Assembly (NCBI RefSeq): GCF_028641065.1
Contig: NC_073410.1
Location: forward strand, 2,294,001 to 2,358,000
Origin: Leucoraja erinacea
Lineage: Eukaryota
Direction: 5' to 3'
Length of the DNA stretch: 64,000 bases
The number at the start of each line of letters is the position of its first letter. The first letter of the stretch is position 1. Positions 1 through 11,895 of the stretch are shown in pieces. The notes under the pieces were generated by a model, which ran no database searches, was not told the DNA's origin, and worked only from the letters and a program-made list of their open reading frames with translations. Both the position numbers and the translations under genes were made by a program.

Positions 1-195
1 GCCTCTTAGCGGCTCGTACCGCTAACGGCAGGTACTCGGGAAACGTGGTAAGCTCGGGAAGATTTTTCAACATGTTGAAAAATGTCCACATTAGCCCCGA
101 GTACCGACGAGCGGCCATTACCGTAAATCTCCGAGTTCGAATCAGGGGAAACTCGGGAGAACTCTTGGATTAGCTCGTACAGTGGGACAGCCCCT

Positions 196-352
196 TAACT
201 CAGCGGGACAAGGCAGCATCTCTGGAGAGAAGGAGTGGGCGACGTTTCGGGACGAGACAGGTCTGGAGAAGGGTCTCGACACGAAACGTCGCCCACTCCT
301 TCTCTCCAGAGATGCTGCCTTGTCCCGCTGAGTGACTCCAGCTTTTTGTGTC
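196..352. mobile_element. Palindromic non-autonomous repeat made of two inverted Penelope pLTR halves (many further copies, e.g. 1400-1670, 7345-7480, 9500-9650, 10330-10515, 40585-40800, 57800-58050, 62135-62365)
   Basis: CTCAGCGGGACAAGGCAGCATCTCTGGAGAGAAGGAGTGGGCGACGTTTCG is followed by its near-perfect reverse complement. Confidence 0.75.
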
Positions 353-507
353 CATCTTTGGAGCGATTGTAATGTGTGATTGCAGATCCACTTCTGGGAC
401 CTGCACACAACGAGTGGCCTGGCATGGGTACCATCTGTAGTTACTGAGCCATGTCCACCACAGATGCTGCCTGACCCACCGAGTTACTCCAGCACTGTGT
501 TCTACTG

Positions 508-860
508 CAGTGGTTCCCAACCTTTTTTTATCTCATGGCCCCCTTGGGATCTTTTAATTTTTTTGTGCCACCCCCCCCCCCCACCTGACATTATTAGCAG
601 AAAAAAAAGTACTTCAATATTATAATACCATACATAGAAATATCAGTGTCTATTAATTGCAGATATATCCTCTTTTCCACAAACATCAAAAATATTTCAA
701 CTACATAGATTTAAATGTATTGGGACTTAAATTTAGGAGGCAACAGAGTGGTAGCTCTGTGGCCCCCTTCATTGAACCCGTGGCCCCCTAAATCCCCAAT
801 TTTTTTTTCTGTGGGTCCCCCTGAAATTTGCCATGTATGGCCCCAGGTTGAGAATCACTG
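508..860. mobile_element. hAT-type MITE
   Basis: TIRs CAGTGGTTCCCAACCT / AGGTTGAGAATCACTG, flanked by an 8-bp target duplication TTCTACTG / TTCTGCTG. Confidence 0.8.
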
Positions 861-1772
861 TTCTGCTGTATCTCATTGGAAGTGGTCTGTGTCCTGTGTG
901 TTTGCTACCACCCAGTGGACAAACGGTCCATCACAAGTCACAGATGTGAATTCATTCCAACACCTGGCATCAAGGACTAAACCTGGCCATTGACCAACAA
1001 CATAGGCACAACTAAAACCCCACGATGTTCACAACTGACTTCTCTCACAATGCGACTCAAATTCTATGGTGTGGTACTAAGATCACTTTATTAGTATGCT
1101 TGTCACATGTACTGAGGTACAGTGAAAAACGTTTTTGTTGCGTGCTATCCAGTCAGCGAAAAGACTACACATGATTACAATCGAGCCGTCCACAGTGTAC
1201 AGATACAGGATAAAGGGTACACTTTCATTGCAAGATAAATCCCAATGCAATCTGATTAAAGATAGTCCAAGAGTCTCCAGTTAGGTGGATGGGAGGTCAG
1301 GACCACTCTCTGGTCAGTGGTAGGATAGTTCAGTTGCCTGATAATAGCCGGAGAGAAACTGTCTCCGAATCTGGAGGTGTGCGTTTTCAAACATCTTGTT
1401 TAAGAAGGAACTGCAGATGCTGGAAAATCGAAGGTAGACAAAAGTGCTGGAGAAACTCAGCGGGTGCAGCAGCATCTATGGAGCGAAGGAAATAGGCAAC
1501 GTTTCGGGACGAAACCCAAAGGGTTTCGGCTCGAAACGTTACCTATTTCCTATAGTGGAGATTGTTCAACTCTTTGCATGGAGTGAAGGAAATAGGCAAA
1601 CGTTGCCTATTTCCTTCGTTCCATAGATGCTGCTGCACCCGCTGAGTTTCTCCAGCACTTTTGTCTACCTGTAACTCTTAGAAACATAGAAAATAGGTGC
1701 AGGAGTAGGCCATTCGGCCCTTCGAGCCTGCACCGCCATTCAATATGATCATGGCTGATCATCCAACTCAGT

Positions 1773-2990
1773 ATTGGATGTGGATGTGGTGTATCTGGAC
1801 TTCCAGAAGGCTTTCGACAAGGTCCCACATAAGAAATTAGTATACAAACTTAAAGCACAAGGCATTGGGGGTTCAGTATTGATGTGGATAGAGAACTGGC
1901 TGGCAAACAGGAAGCAAAGAGTAGAGTAAACTGGTCCTTTTCACAATGGCAGGCAGTGACTAGTGGGGTACCCCAAGGCTCAGTACTGGGACCCCAGCTA
2001 TTTACAATATATATTAATGATCTGGATGAGGGAATTGAAGGCAATATCTCCAAGTTTGCGGATGACACTAAGCTGGGGGGCAGTGTTAGCTGTGAGGAGG
2101 ATGCTAGGAGACTGCAGGGTGACTTGGATAGGCTGGGTGAGTGGGCAAATGTTTGGCAGATGCAGTATAATGTGGATAAATGTGAGGTTATCCATTTTGG
2201 TGGCAAAAAAACAGGAAAGCAGAGACTATTATCTAAATGGTGGCCGATTGGGGAAAGGGGGAGATGCAGCGAGACCTGGGTGTCATGGTACACCAGTCAT
2301 TGAAGGTAGGCATGCAGGTGCAGCAGGCAGTAAAGAAAGCGAATGGTATGTTAGCTTTCATTGCAAAAGGATTTGAGTATAGGAGCAGAGAGGTTCTACT
2401 GCAGTTGTACAGGGTCTTGGTGAGACCACACCTGGAGTATTGCGTACAGTTTTGGTCTCCAAATCTGAGGAAGGACATTATTGCCATAGAGGGAGTGCAG
2501 AGACGGTTCACCAGACTGATTCCTGGGATGTCAGGACTGTCTTATGAAGAAAGACTGGATAGACTTGGTTTATACTCTCTAGAATTTAGAAGATTGAGAG
2601 GGGATCTTATAGAAACTTACAAAATTCTTAAGGGGTTGGACAGGCTAGAGGCAGGAAGATTGTTCCCGATGTTAGGGAAGTCCAGGACAAGGGGTCACAG
2701 CTTAAGGATAAGGGGGAAATCCTTTAAAACCGAGATGAGAAGAACTTTTTTCACGCAGAGAGTGGTGAATCTCTGGAACTCTCTGCCACAGAGGGTAGTT
2801 GAGGCCAGTTCATTGGCTATATTTAAGAGGGAGTTAGATGTGGCCCTTGTGGCTAAGGGGATCAGGGGGTATGGAGAGAAGGCAGGTACGGGATACTGAG
2901 TTGGATGATCAGCCATGATCATATTGAATGGCGGTGCAGGCTCGAAGGGCCGAATGGTCTACTCCTGCACCTAATTTCTATGTTTCTATG
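1773..2990 (+). mobile_element. CR1/HER1-type LINE, 5'-truncated (RT C-terminal part and 3' tail)
   Basis: Translation includes GVPQGSVLGP and SKFADDTKL (RT motifs) and LVRPHLEYCVQFWSP...NLWNSLP. One frameshift near 2210. Ends in a (TTCTATGT)-type tail. Confidence 0.93.
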
Positions 2991-4786
2991 TATCCTGTAC
3001 CTGCTTTCTCTCCATAGATGGGAGAGGGAAGAAGGAGGAGTGACTGGTCCTGAAACAGGTATCTGCTAAATGAGATTATCCTTGCGTCTAAACACTTGTC
3101 ATTGTTGGCAGCGTTTAATTACCAAGCATTATTCCCTCATCATGTATCCATCACTGTAGATACATTGATTGTAATCAGCTTTCCAGCACACCAACAAAAG
3201 CTTTTCATTGTACCTCGGTACACGTGACAATAAACTAAACTGTACATTGCAAAGCTCGGAGATGCAGTGTGGGGCAGATAACATAAGGGGTAATAAAAAT
3301 GAACAGCAGATGCTGGTTTATACGCAAGATAAACACACAGTGCTGGAGTAACTCAGCGGGACAGGCAGCTGAGTTACTGGAGAATGTGGATATAGACAAT
3401 ATGTGCAAGAGTAGGCCATTTGGCTCTTCGAGCCAGCACTGCAATTTAATGTGATCATGGTTGATAAGTAACATTTCAGGGCCATGACCCCAAATATCAC
3501 GTACTCCTTTTCTCCAGAGATGCTGCCTGCCCGGCTGAGTTACTCCAGCGTGTTGTGTCTATCTTAGCTAGCGTGAGGTGTAGCAACGGCAGAAACGTGG
3601 GGCTGAAGATGTAGAGTGGATGCAGCCTTCCTGACCTCTCGCCTGCTGGACACCAACCCTGGTAGCTCCAGACGTCTCCAGCTCCCACAGAATTGTGTGC
3701 CTAGTTACCTTGCAGTGAGCTGCTGTGGACAGGGAGGAAACAAACTGCACACTCACCAGTCGCTCACTCAAGCCCAACGTCACAGTGGCAGCGGGCCAAG
3801 CTGCTACATCACAACTCCAATGTTGCAGGTTCGAGTCTGACCTCGGCTGCTGCCTGTGTGGAGTGTGCACACATTCTCCTCGTTAGCCACCTGGCTTCCC
3901 CCCTATAATGTGCTATTGGGTTAATTGGTTCCTACCCAGTCCCACTTGTGTATGCTGGGGAAAGGAGAGGTGAAAGACTTGTGTGTGTGTGTGTGTGAGG
4001 AAGAGTTAAAAAGGGCAGGGGTTGATTAATTGATGAAAACAAGAAAGAAAAGTAAAACAAATTAAATATAAATCAATCTTTAGATCAATATATAACCAGT
4101 TTATACTTTCGAAGCCATTGAAAGTCTCATGGAGAGTTGTGAATGCATATCGATTATATATATTTAATTGTTATAATATCTTACTATTCATTTATACATC
4201 TACATTTATTTATCCCTCGATCTGTATACATGAATAAAGATAGATAGATAAATAATTAGTAAGAGATTCATATAAATAAATATGAATGAAAATTAAAAAA
4301 AACCTAGGTGAATAAATAAGAAATGAATAGAAATAACTAAAGTGGAATGAAAATAATAATGCAAATAAATAACAAGGAGATAGTTAGATATCAATCAATC
4401 AATCAATCAATCAATCAAAGGAGATAGATAGATTATGTTTTAGAGTTGCTGCTTGCAGTGCTGGTGATCCGGGTTCGATCCCGACTATGGGTGCTGTCTA
4501 TGCGGAGTCTGTACGTTCTGTCATAACCGCGTGGGTTTTCTCCAAGGTTGCCACCCACGCTGCAAAGTCGTACAGGTTTGAGGGTTAATTGGCTTGGGGT
4601 TAGTGTCAATTGTCGCTAGTGTGTGCAGGGTAGTGTTAGGGTGCGGGGATCGCTGGTCGGCACGGACTCGGTGGGCCGAAGGGCCTGTTTCCGCACTGTA
4701 CCTCTAAGCCGAACTGAAGTAAACCAAAATGGGCGTTCCAAATGATGGTATTTTATTTGAACTGTATGATTCCTATCACACACGGT

Positions 4787-7700
4787 TTAGGACAACTGCC
4801 CGCAATCGGTGATGGTAATGGTGGTCGTGGGCGCGCCGTCCTCACTGCCGTAGCCCTCCATCTTCATCACGATATCCATGCCTTCCACCACCGCACCAAA
4901 CACAACGTGCTTTTTATTCAACCTACAGCGATGAAGAAGACACCAACGTTAATCGGCAGTGCCCAGACCCCGAGATTCAGACCCCAAATGCAAGGGGGGT
5001 GGGGGGGGAACAGGGCCAGCTCACCATGTTGTTTTCTTGGTACAAATAAAGAACTGGGAGCCATTTGTATCTTTCCCACTATTGGCCATGGACAGTATAC
5101 CTGCAATGGGAAGATGGCAAACGTGTTAGAGGCCTTTAAAATGATGAGAGGGATAGACAGAGTTGACGTGGATAAGCTTTTCCCATTGAGAGTAGGGAAA
5201 ACATAGAAACATAGAAATTAGGTGCAGGAGTAGGCCATTCGGCCCTTCGAGCCTGCACCGCCATTCAATATGATCATGGCTGATCATCCAACTCAGTATC
5301 CAGTACCTGCCTTCTCTCCATACCCTCTGATCCCCTTAGCCACAAGGGCCACATCTATCTCCCTCTTAAACATAGCCAATGAACTGGCCTCGACTACCCT
5401 CTGTGGCAGAGAGTTCCAGAGATTCACCACTCTCTGTGTGAAAAAAGTTCTTCTCATCTCGGTTTTAAAGGATTTCCCCCTTATCCTTAAGCTGTGACCC
5501 CTTGTCCTGGACTTCCCCAACATCGGGAGCAATCTTCCTGCATTTAGCCTGTCCAACCCCTTAAGAATTTTGTAAGTTTCTATAAGATCCCCTCTCAATC
5601 TCCTGAATTCTAGAGATTCTAGGAAGATTCAAACAAGAGGACATGACTTGAGAATTAAGGGACAGAAGTTTAAGGGTAACATGAGGGGGAACTTCTTTAC
5701 TCACAGAGTGGTGGCTGTGTTGAATGAGCTTCCAGTGGAAGTGGTGGAGGCAGGTTTGATTTTATCATTTAAAAATAAATTGGATAGGTATATGGACGGG
5801 AAAGGAATGGAGGGTTATGGTCTGAGTGCAGGTAGATGGGACATGGGGAAAATAAGTGTTCGGCACGGACTTGAAGGGCCGAGATGGCCTGTTTTCCGTG
5901 CTATAATTGTTATATGGTTATATGGTGTTCAGATTCTCCATAACGACAAGATATTCTTCGGGAGAGTTGGAAAGAACCAGGCGTGAAGAAAGAGCAGAGA
6001 GCAAATTTGGAGCGGTCTTGGCTTATAACATGCAGGTGTACAGAGATACAGTGAGAATCGTTTATTTGTTTGCTACCCAGTCAATGCATACCATACATGA
6101 GCACAGCCACACCATGCACAAGTACAATAGGTAGCACTAAGAGAAATGCCAGAGTGCCACATATAGTGCTATTTACGAAGAAAATGTATTTTTTTTTTTT
6201 AAAGTGCAAGGTCTACAATGAGGTAGGTTGGAAGATCAGGACCACACCCTAGCTTATGGGAGGACCATTCCGTAGTCTGATACATATTACATATTCTGTT
6301 GTGCTGCTGCAAGTAAGAGTTTCATTGTTCTAGCTGGGACACATGACAATAAACCACTGTTGACTATGGCAGAGGGAATGAAGCTCTTCCGGAATCTGGA
6401 GGAATGTGCTTTCAAGCTTTTGCATTCAGGAGAGACAAATAGAGGTTCAGCAAAGAAGAGAGAAAGAATATGAAAAAAAAAAAAAAAAAATTCGAACAAT
6501 ATTCAGCACTTATTCCTTCGCTCCAAACAGACACAACTCTCTGGATGTCATTCCTCCCTCTTCCACTCAAACCCTGGAACGGGTCAATAAAATGAGACCA
6601 CATATGTATTTACCTTTCCCTGTGTGCTTCAGTTCAAAATTCTCATCTTCAAACGTGTCCCCATAGATGGACTTGCCTCCAGTGCCATTGTTTGCCGTGA
6701 AATCACCACCCTGTATGATTCAAGGTTGAATATGTGCCGTCAGTTAACATGGAACATAGAAACAGAGAAAAGAGGTGGAGGAGTAGGCCATTCGGCCCTT
6801 CGAGCCAGCACCGCCATCCAATATGATCATGGCTGATCATCCAAAATCAGTACCCCGTTCCTACTTTTTCCCCATATCCCTTCATTCCGTTAGACCTAAG
6901 AGCTCTCTCTTGAAAACATCCAGTGAATTGGCCTCCACTGCCTTCTCTGGCACAGAATTCCACAGATTCACAACTCTCTGGGTGAAAAAGTTTATCCTCA
7001 TCTCCGTCCTAAATGGCCAATCCCTTATTCTTAAACTGTGACCCCTGGTTCTTGACTCCCCCAACATGGAGAACATTTTTCCTGCATCTAACCCGTCCAA
7101 TCCCTTAATAGCAGTACACAGGAAGAGCTCCCTTGTACCTCTGTGCTACACCAGTGCCAAGACACAATCCATATCCTCATTCCCTGTACATCCATGTGCC
7201 TATCCAAACATCCCTTAAATGCCACTATCTTATCTGTCTCCACCTGCTAGCCCTGGCAGTTCCAGTTACCCACTACCCTCTGTCTAACAAAACTTGCCCC
7301 ACAGTCTCGTTTCGCTATCGTGTTAAAGCTATGTCCTCTAGTATGTTTAAGAAGGAACTGCAGATGCTGGAAAATCGAAGGTAGACAAAAATGCTGGCGT
7401 CTGAAGAAGGGTTTTGGCCCAAAACGTTGCCTATTTCCTTTGCTCCATAAATGCTGCCTCAACCGCTGAGTCCCTCCAGTATGGGCCACTTTTGGTTAGT
7501 TCAGTTTAGAGATACACGCCGGGAACAAGCCCTTCGGCCCATCGGGTCTGCACTGACCAGCGATCCCTGCTCATTAACACTATCCTGCACACACTGGGGA
7601 CAATTTTTACATTTACCAAGCCATTTAACCTACAAATCTTTAAACCTGTACGTATTTGGAGAGTGGGAGGAAACCGAAGATCTCGAAGAAAACCCACACA

Positions 7701-10143
7701 GATCACGGGGAAAACGTACAAACTCCGTACAGACAGCATCCGTAGTCGGGATCGAACCCGGGTCTCCAGCGGTGCATTTGCTGTAAGGCAGCAATACTAC
7801 CGCTGCGCCACAGTGCCAGGGAAAAAGATTGTTACCCTATCCATGCCTTTCATAATGTTATATACTTCAATCAGGTCTCTCCGCAAACTCCGGCAATCCA
7901 TGTCTGTCGTTTAACCTCTCCCTGTAGCTAATACCTTCATCATTGTGGCAAAGTGCCCATATCCTCGCTGTTGAATCAAGAGCAGGGAGGTGACCTTGAA
8001 CACACTGCACCTCACCTGGCACATGAAATCGGGAATGATCCGGTGAAAAGTCGAGCCCTTGTAACCAAAACCCTTCTCCCCGGTACACAAGGCACGGAAG
8101 TTCTCTGCAACAAAACCACTCAGGGTTAGACCACATGCTTAAACGATGGAGACTTTGTTCAACTCAACGCGACAAGCCTGGGACTCACCTGCAGTCTTTG
8201 GGACAACATCAGCCCTGAGCTGGAAGAGACAAGAGGCACAGCGTCAGAACACCAACCCATGCACAATAATTACTCTGCCACAATACCGCTGAAAGCAACA
8301 CTGTCGAGAGAGTTCTTAACTCCAAGTCTTGCAAAGCAAAGAAAAACCATCTATAAAGATTTAGAATTTTGTAAATTGCCCCTAGTGTGTACGTTAGTGG
8401 GAGATATTCTGTTACATATTGTGTCGTGCTGCTGCAAGTAAGAATATCATTGTTCTATCTGGGACACACAACAATAAAACACTCTTGACTCTTGAATCTG
8501 GGGAGGATTTATAACTATCTGGAGGGAATAAAGTTGGATTAGATCAATATACTGTATAATCAGTGTTGAACAAGTTGGTGATAGTCAATGTACTTGGTGG
8601 GGCAAAGGGCCTGTTTCCATGCTGTATCTCTCTATATCCATCACACATCTCCAAACCAGCTGGCACCTCCCACACGATGGAAACTTTTAGGCTATTGTTT
8701 CATCCATCAGGTGCCTGCTCCTGACATAACACTGTGAACAGGCTGAGCCCAAGATGTGTTAATTCCCCTGTGGACTATTCCCTGCGGTGCTGACTCTGAC
8801 ACCACTGCACATGCATCACACTGCCCCAATGCATCAACCAGCACAGAGTCACCATCTGAAACTGAGTCTGCAATAATCTTTCTAAATCCCACCCCATCCC
8901 ATCCCATCCCATCCCCCATACTCTTGCTATTGAGGGAGTGCAGCGTAGGTTTACAAGGTTAATTTCCGGGATGGCGGGACTGACATATGCTGAGAGAATG
9001 GAGCAGCTGGGCTTGTACACTCTGGAGTTTAGAAGGATGAGAGGCTATCTCATTGAAACATATAAGACACGCTAGAGGCAGGAAACATGTTCCCGATGTT
9101 GGGGGAGTCCAGAACCAAAGGTCACAGTTTAAGAATAAGGAGTAAGCCATTTAGAACGGAGACGAGGAAACACTTTTTCTCACAGAAAGTTGTGAGTCTG
9201 TGGAATTCTCTGCCTCAGGGGGCGGTGGAGGCAGGTTCTCTGGATACTTTCAATAGAAAGCTAGATAGGGCTCTTAAAACTAGCAGAGTCAGGGGATATG
9301 GGGAGAAGGTAGGAACGGGGACTGATTGGGGATGATCAGCCATGACCACATTGAATGGCGGTGCTGGCTCGAAGGGCCGAATGGCCTCTACTCCTGCACC
9401 TATTGTCTATTACTGATGATATTGGTGATGTTAGTACATCTATTTATTGTTGCGTTAATGGACCTGTTACGTGCAGTAAGCGAAGACGCCATCGTTCCGT
9501 GCAGGAGGGAACTGCAGATGCTGGTTTAAACCGAAGATAGGCACAAAATGCTGGAGTAACTCAGCGGGACAGAAGAAGGGTCTCGGCCCGAATCATCACC
9601 CATTCCTTCTCTCCAGAGATGCTGCCTGTCCTGCTGAGTTACTCCAGCGTGTCCTTGTTCCGTTCCTGGGTACATTTGACAATCTGCAGTGTAGCTACTT
9701 GTAAATCCCCACCGTTTGATGCCTGGTTCACAAGTAGAGTGTCCTGCTCTTGCCCCAAGGCTCATCAATATCCCACTTCCAGCACTTGAAACCATAAAAC
9801 TCACCAGTGGCTAGTTCCTGCACTCTATTCAAACTCACTGTAGGGAGGGGTGGAGGGGGGAGGGGGGTAGTGTTTGGGACATCTGTTGGAGATGGGAGTA
9901 AACTGTGCAGATCTCCAGAGATGCTGTCAGACCCCCTGAGTTGCTCCAGCTTTTGGTGCCTATCTAAGGTCCTTTAGGTTGGGTATTCTATAGGGGGGTT
10001 TTAAGAGTCTGAAGGCTCGGGCATAAGGTGTATGGGGTTTGCCTCCACTCCTCCCGCTTGCCCCAGTAACTCACCTCCACGACAATACGCCCCATCGCTT
10101 TCTTCTTCGTAGCTACGTCCATGTAAACCCGAGGATTGGCCAT
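4787..10143 (-). CDS. Peptidyl-prolyl cis-trans isomerase (PPIF-type cyclophilin paralogue without presequence), unit A, 165 aa
   Basis: Exons 10075-10143, 8189-8219, 8016-8104, 6614-6710, 5025-5100, 4787-4922 (69/31/89/97/76/136 nt). Strong Kozak gccATGg. Protein: [166 protein letters not shown]55, F60, Q63, N102, F113, W121 and H126 are retained. AATAAA at 4752-4757. Confidence 0.9.
5198..5617 (-). mobile_element. CR1-type LINE 3' fragment nested in another CR1 subfamily fragment (5125-5930, +), in intron 4 of unit A
   Basis: Minus-strand [20 protein letters not shown]...GEKAGTGY interrupts the host coding sequence LRVGK|IQTRGHDL; the host ends in a TATATGGT tail. Confidence 0.85.
8920..9412 (+). 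mobile_element. CR1-type LINE 3' fragment
   Basis: [18 protein letters not shown]...LWNSLP plus the shared 3' stem and tail. Confidence 0.85.
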
Positions 10144-10225
10144 GGCACCGCTCGGCTCTGCGGCTCCTGGAGTCTGCGGGAGTGAGGACCAGGTACATCT
10201 CACCTGGAGCTCCCTCCCCCACCTC

Positions 10226-10242
10226 TGGGGGCGGGGATTATA
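10226..10242 (-). promoter_or_regulatory. Candidate proximal promoter of cyclophilin unit A (GC box next to TATAAT)
   Basis: GGGGCGGGG followed by ATTATA (TATAAT on the minus strand), about 90 nt upstream of the ATG. Motif evidence only. Confidence 0.3.
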
Positions 10243-10949
10243 CACTCTACCTATCACACAGTTGTACAACACTCCACCCCCACGCATCCCAAGGGAGAGG
10301 AAGCAACTGGGGCAGATACTCAGAGATAAATGTGTAGCAAGGAACTGCAGATGCTGGTTTAAACCGAAGATAGACACAAAGAGCTGGAGACTCTAGGGTC
10401 TGAAGAAGGGTCTCATCTGTTCCTTCGCTCCATAGATGCTGCCTCACCCACTGAGTTTCTCCAGCATTTTTGTCTACCTTCAATTTTTCCAGCATCTGCA
10501 GTCCTTTCTTAAACACCTTTTAGAAAGGAGGTGAGGAAAAACTTCTTTAGTCAGAGGGTAGTTAATCAGTGGAACTCATTGCCACTGAGGGCTGTGGAGG
10601 CCAAGTCAGTGGATATTTTAAGGCGAGATAGATGGGTGTCAGGGGTTATGGGGAGAAGGCAGGAAAATGGGACTAGGAGGCAGAGATCAGCCATGATCGA
10701 ATGGTGGAGTAGACTCGATGGGCCGAATGGCCTAATTCTACTACGATGACTTGTGAACTTGTGTCAGAGGCAGGAATCGCAGGTGCCATTGTTATTGACT
10801 CTGTGAGTGTGGCAACAACAAAGTCTCTGTTATTGTCAGTGTCTCGTGGTCCCCTGTGGCTATGTTGACTGAAGATAATGCATCTCACTGTATTTACCAG
10901 CGCGCGTGCATTCACAAACATGCGTCCCAAAATGTTCATGTGATTAGAA

Positions 10950-11375
10950 ATACTGCTCCAAGAAGCAGGCAAGTTGCTGCCTCAAAAAGGCTGGCAGTAT
11001 CATCAAAGACCCACACCATCCTGGCCACACACAAATCTCCCTGCTACCTTCAGGCAGAAGGTACAGGAGCCTGAAGACTGCAACAACCAGGTTCAGGAAT
11101 AGCTACTTCCCCACAGCCATCTGGCTATTAAACCTGGCTCGGACAAAACTCTGATTATTAATAACCCATTTTCTGTTATTTGCACTTTATTTATTCATGT
11201 GTGTATATATTTATTTATTCATGTGTGTATATTTATTTTATATTATGTGGTATATGGACACACTGATCTGTTTTGTAGTAAATGCCTACTATGTTCTGTG
11301 TGCTGAAGCAAAGCAAGAATTTCATTGTCCTATACAGGGACACATGACAATAAACTCACTTGAACTTGAACTTGA
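10950..11375 (+). mobile_element. Rex1/Babar-like LINE 3' fragment at the boundary of unit B
   Basis: Degenerate ...IIKDPHHPGH...LLPSGRRYRSLKTATTRFRNSYFPTAI... followed by AATAAA and a (CTTGAA)n tail. Confidence 0.7.
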
Positions 11376-11895
11376 AGAGCAGAGGGGAATTTCAAGGGAT
11401 AGGGTAGGAAGTGGTACAGAGGTCAGTAAAACAGTTCAGTTCATGTCACGTGTACTGAGGTACAGTGAAAAGCTTTTGACGCAAGCTAACCAGTCAGCAG
11501 AAAGACAATACACAATTCCAATTCAGCCACTTACAGAGTATAGATACATGATGAGGGAATAATGTTTAGTGCAAGGCAAAGTTATCAAGGATAGTCCGAG
11601 GGTCACCAAGAAGGTAGATATTAATTCAGCACCGCTCTCTGGTTGTGAAAACCAGCAAAAACTGAACAATGACACAAATGTATAAATGAAAACCAAAACC
11701 ATAACAGCCAATGCCCCTTTCCCCCCAAATGACACAAGTGGCTGCAGATGTCAGAAACTTAAAACAAGACACAGAGCGCAGGATGAACTCATTGGGTCAG
11801 AGAGCATTTACGGAGGGAATGGAAAGCCAACATCACTTCCTCTTCTGGGCAAACTTTGCCAGAGGCCAATGCAGTTCGGAGAGAATCTACTTTAC

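Noticed and set aside
3570-3760. Unique segment with minus-strand acceptor- and donor-like motifs (possible exon of a neighbouring gene such as ZCCHC24)
   Set aside because: No recognisable protein in any frame and no partner exons found.
10144-10377. Upstream in-frame ORF as a presequence for unit A
   Set aside because: It has no similarity to the unit D presequence, is rich in Gly/Pro/Glu, and its 5' part runs into a Penelope-derived repeat.
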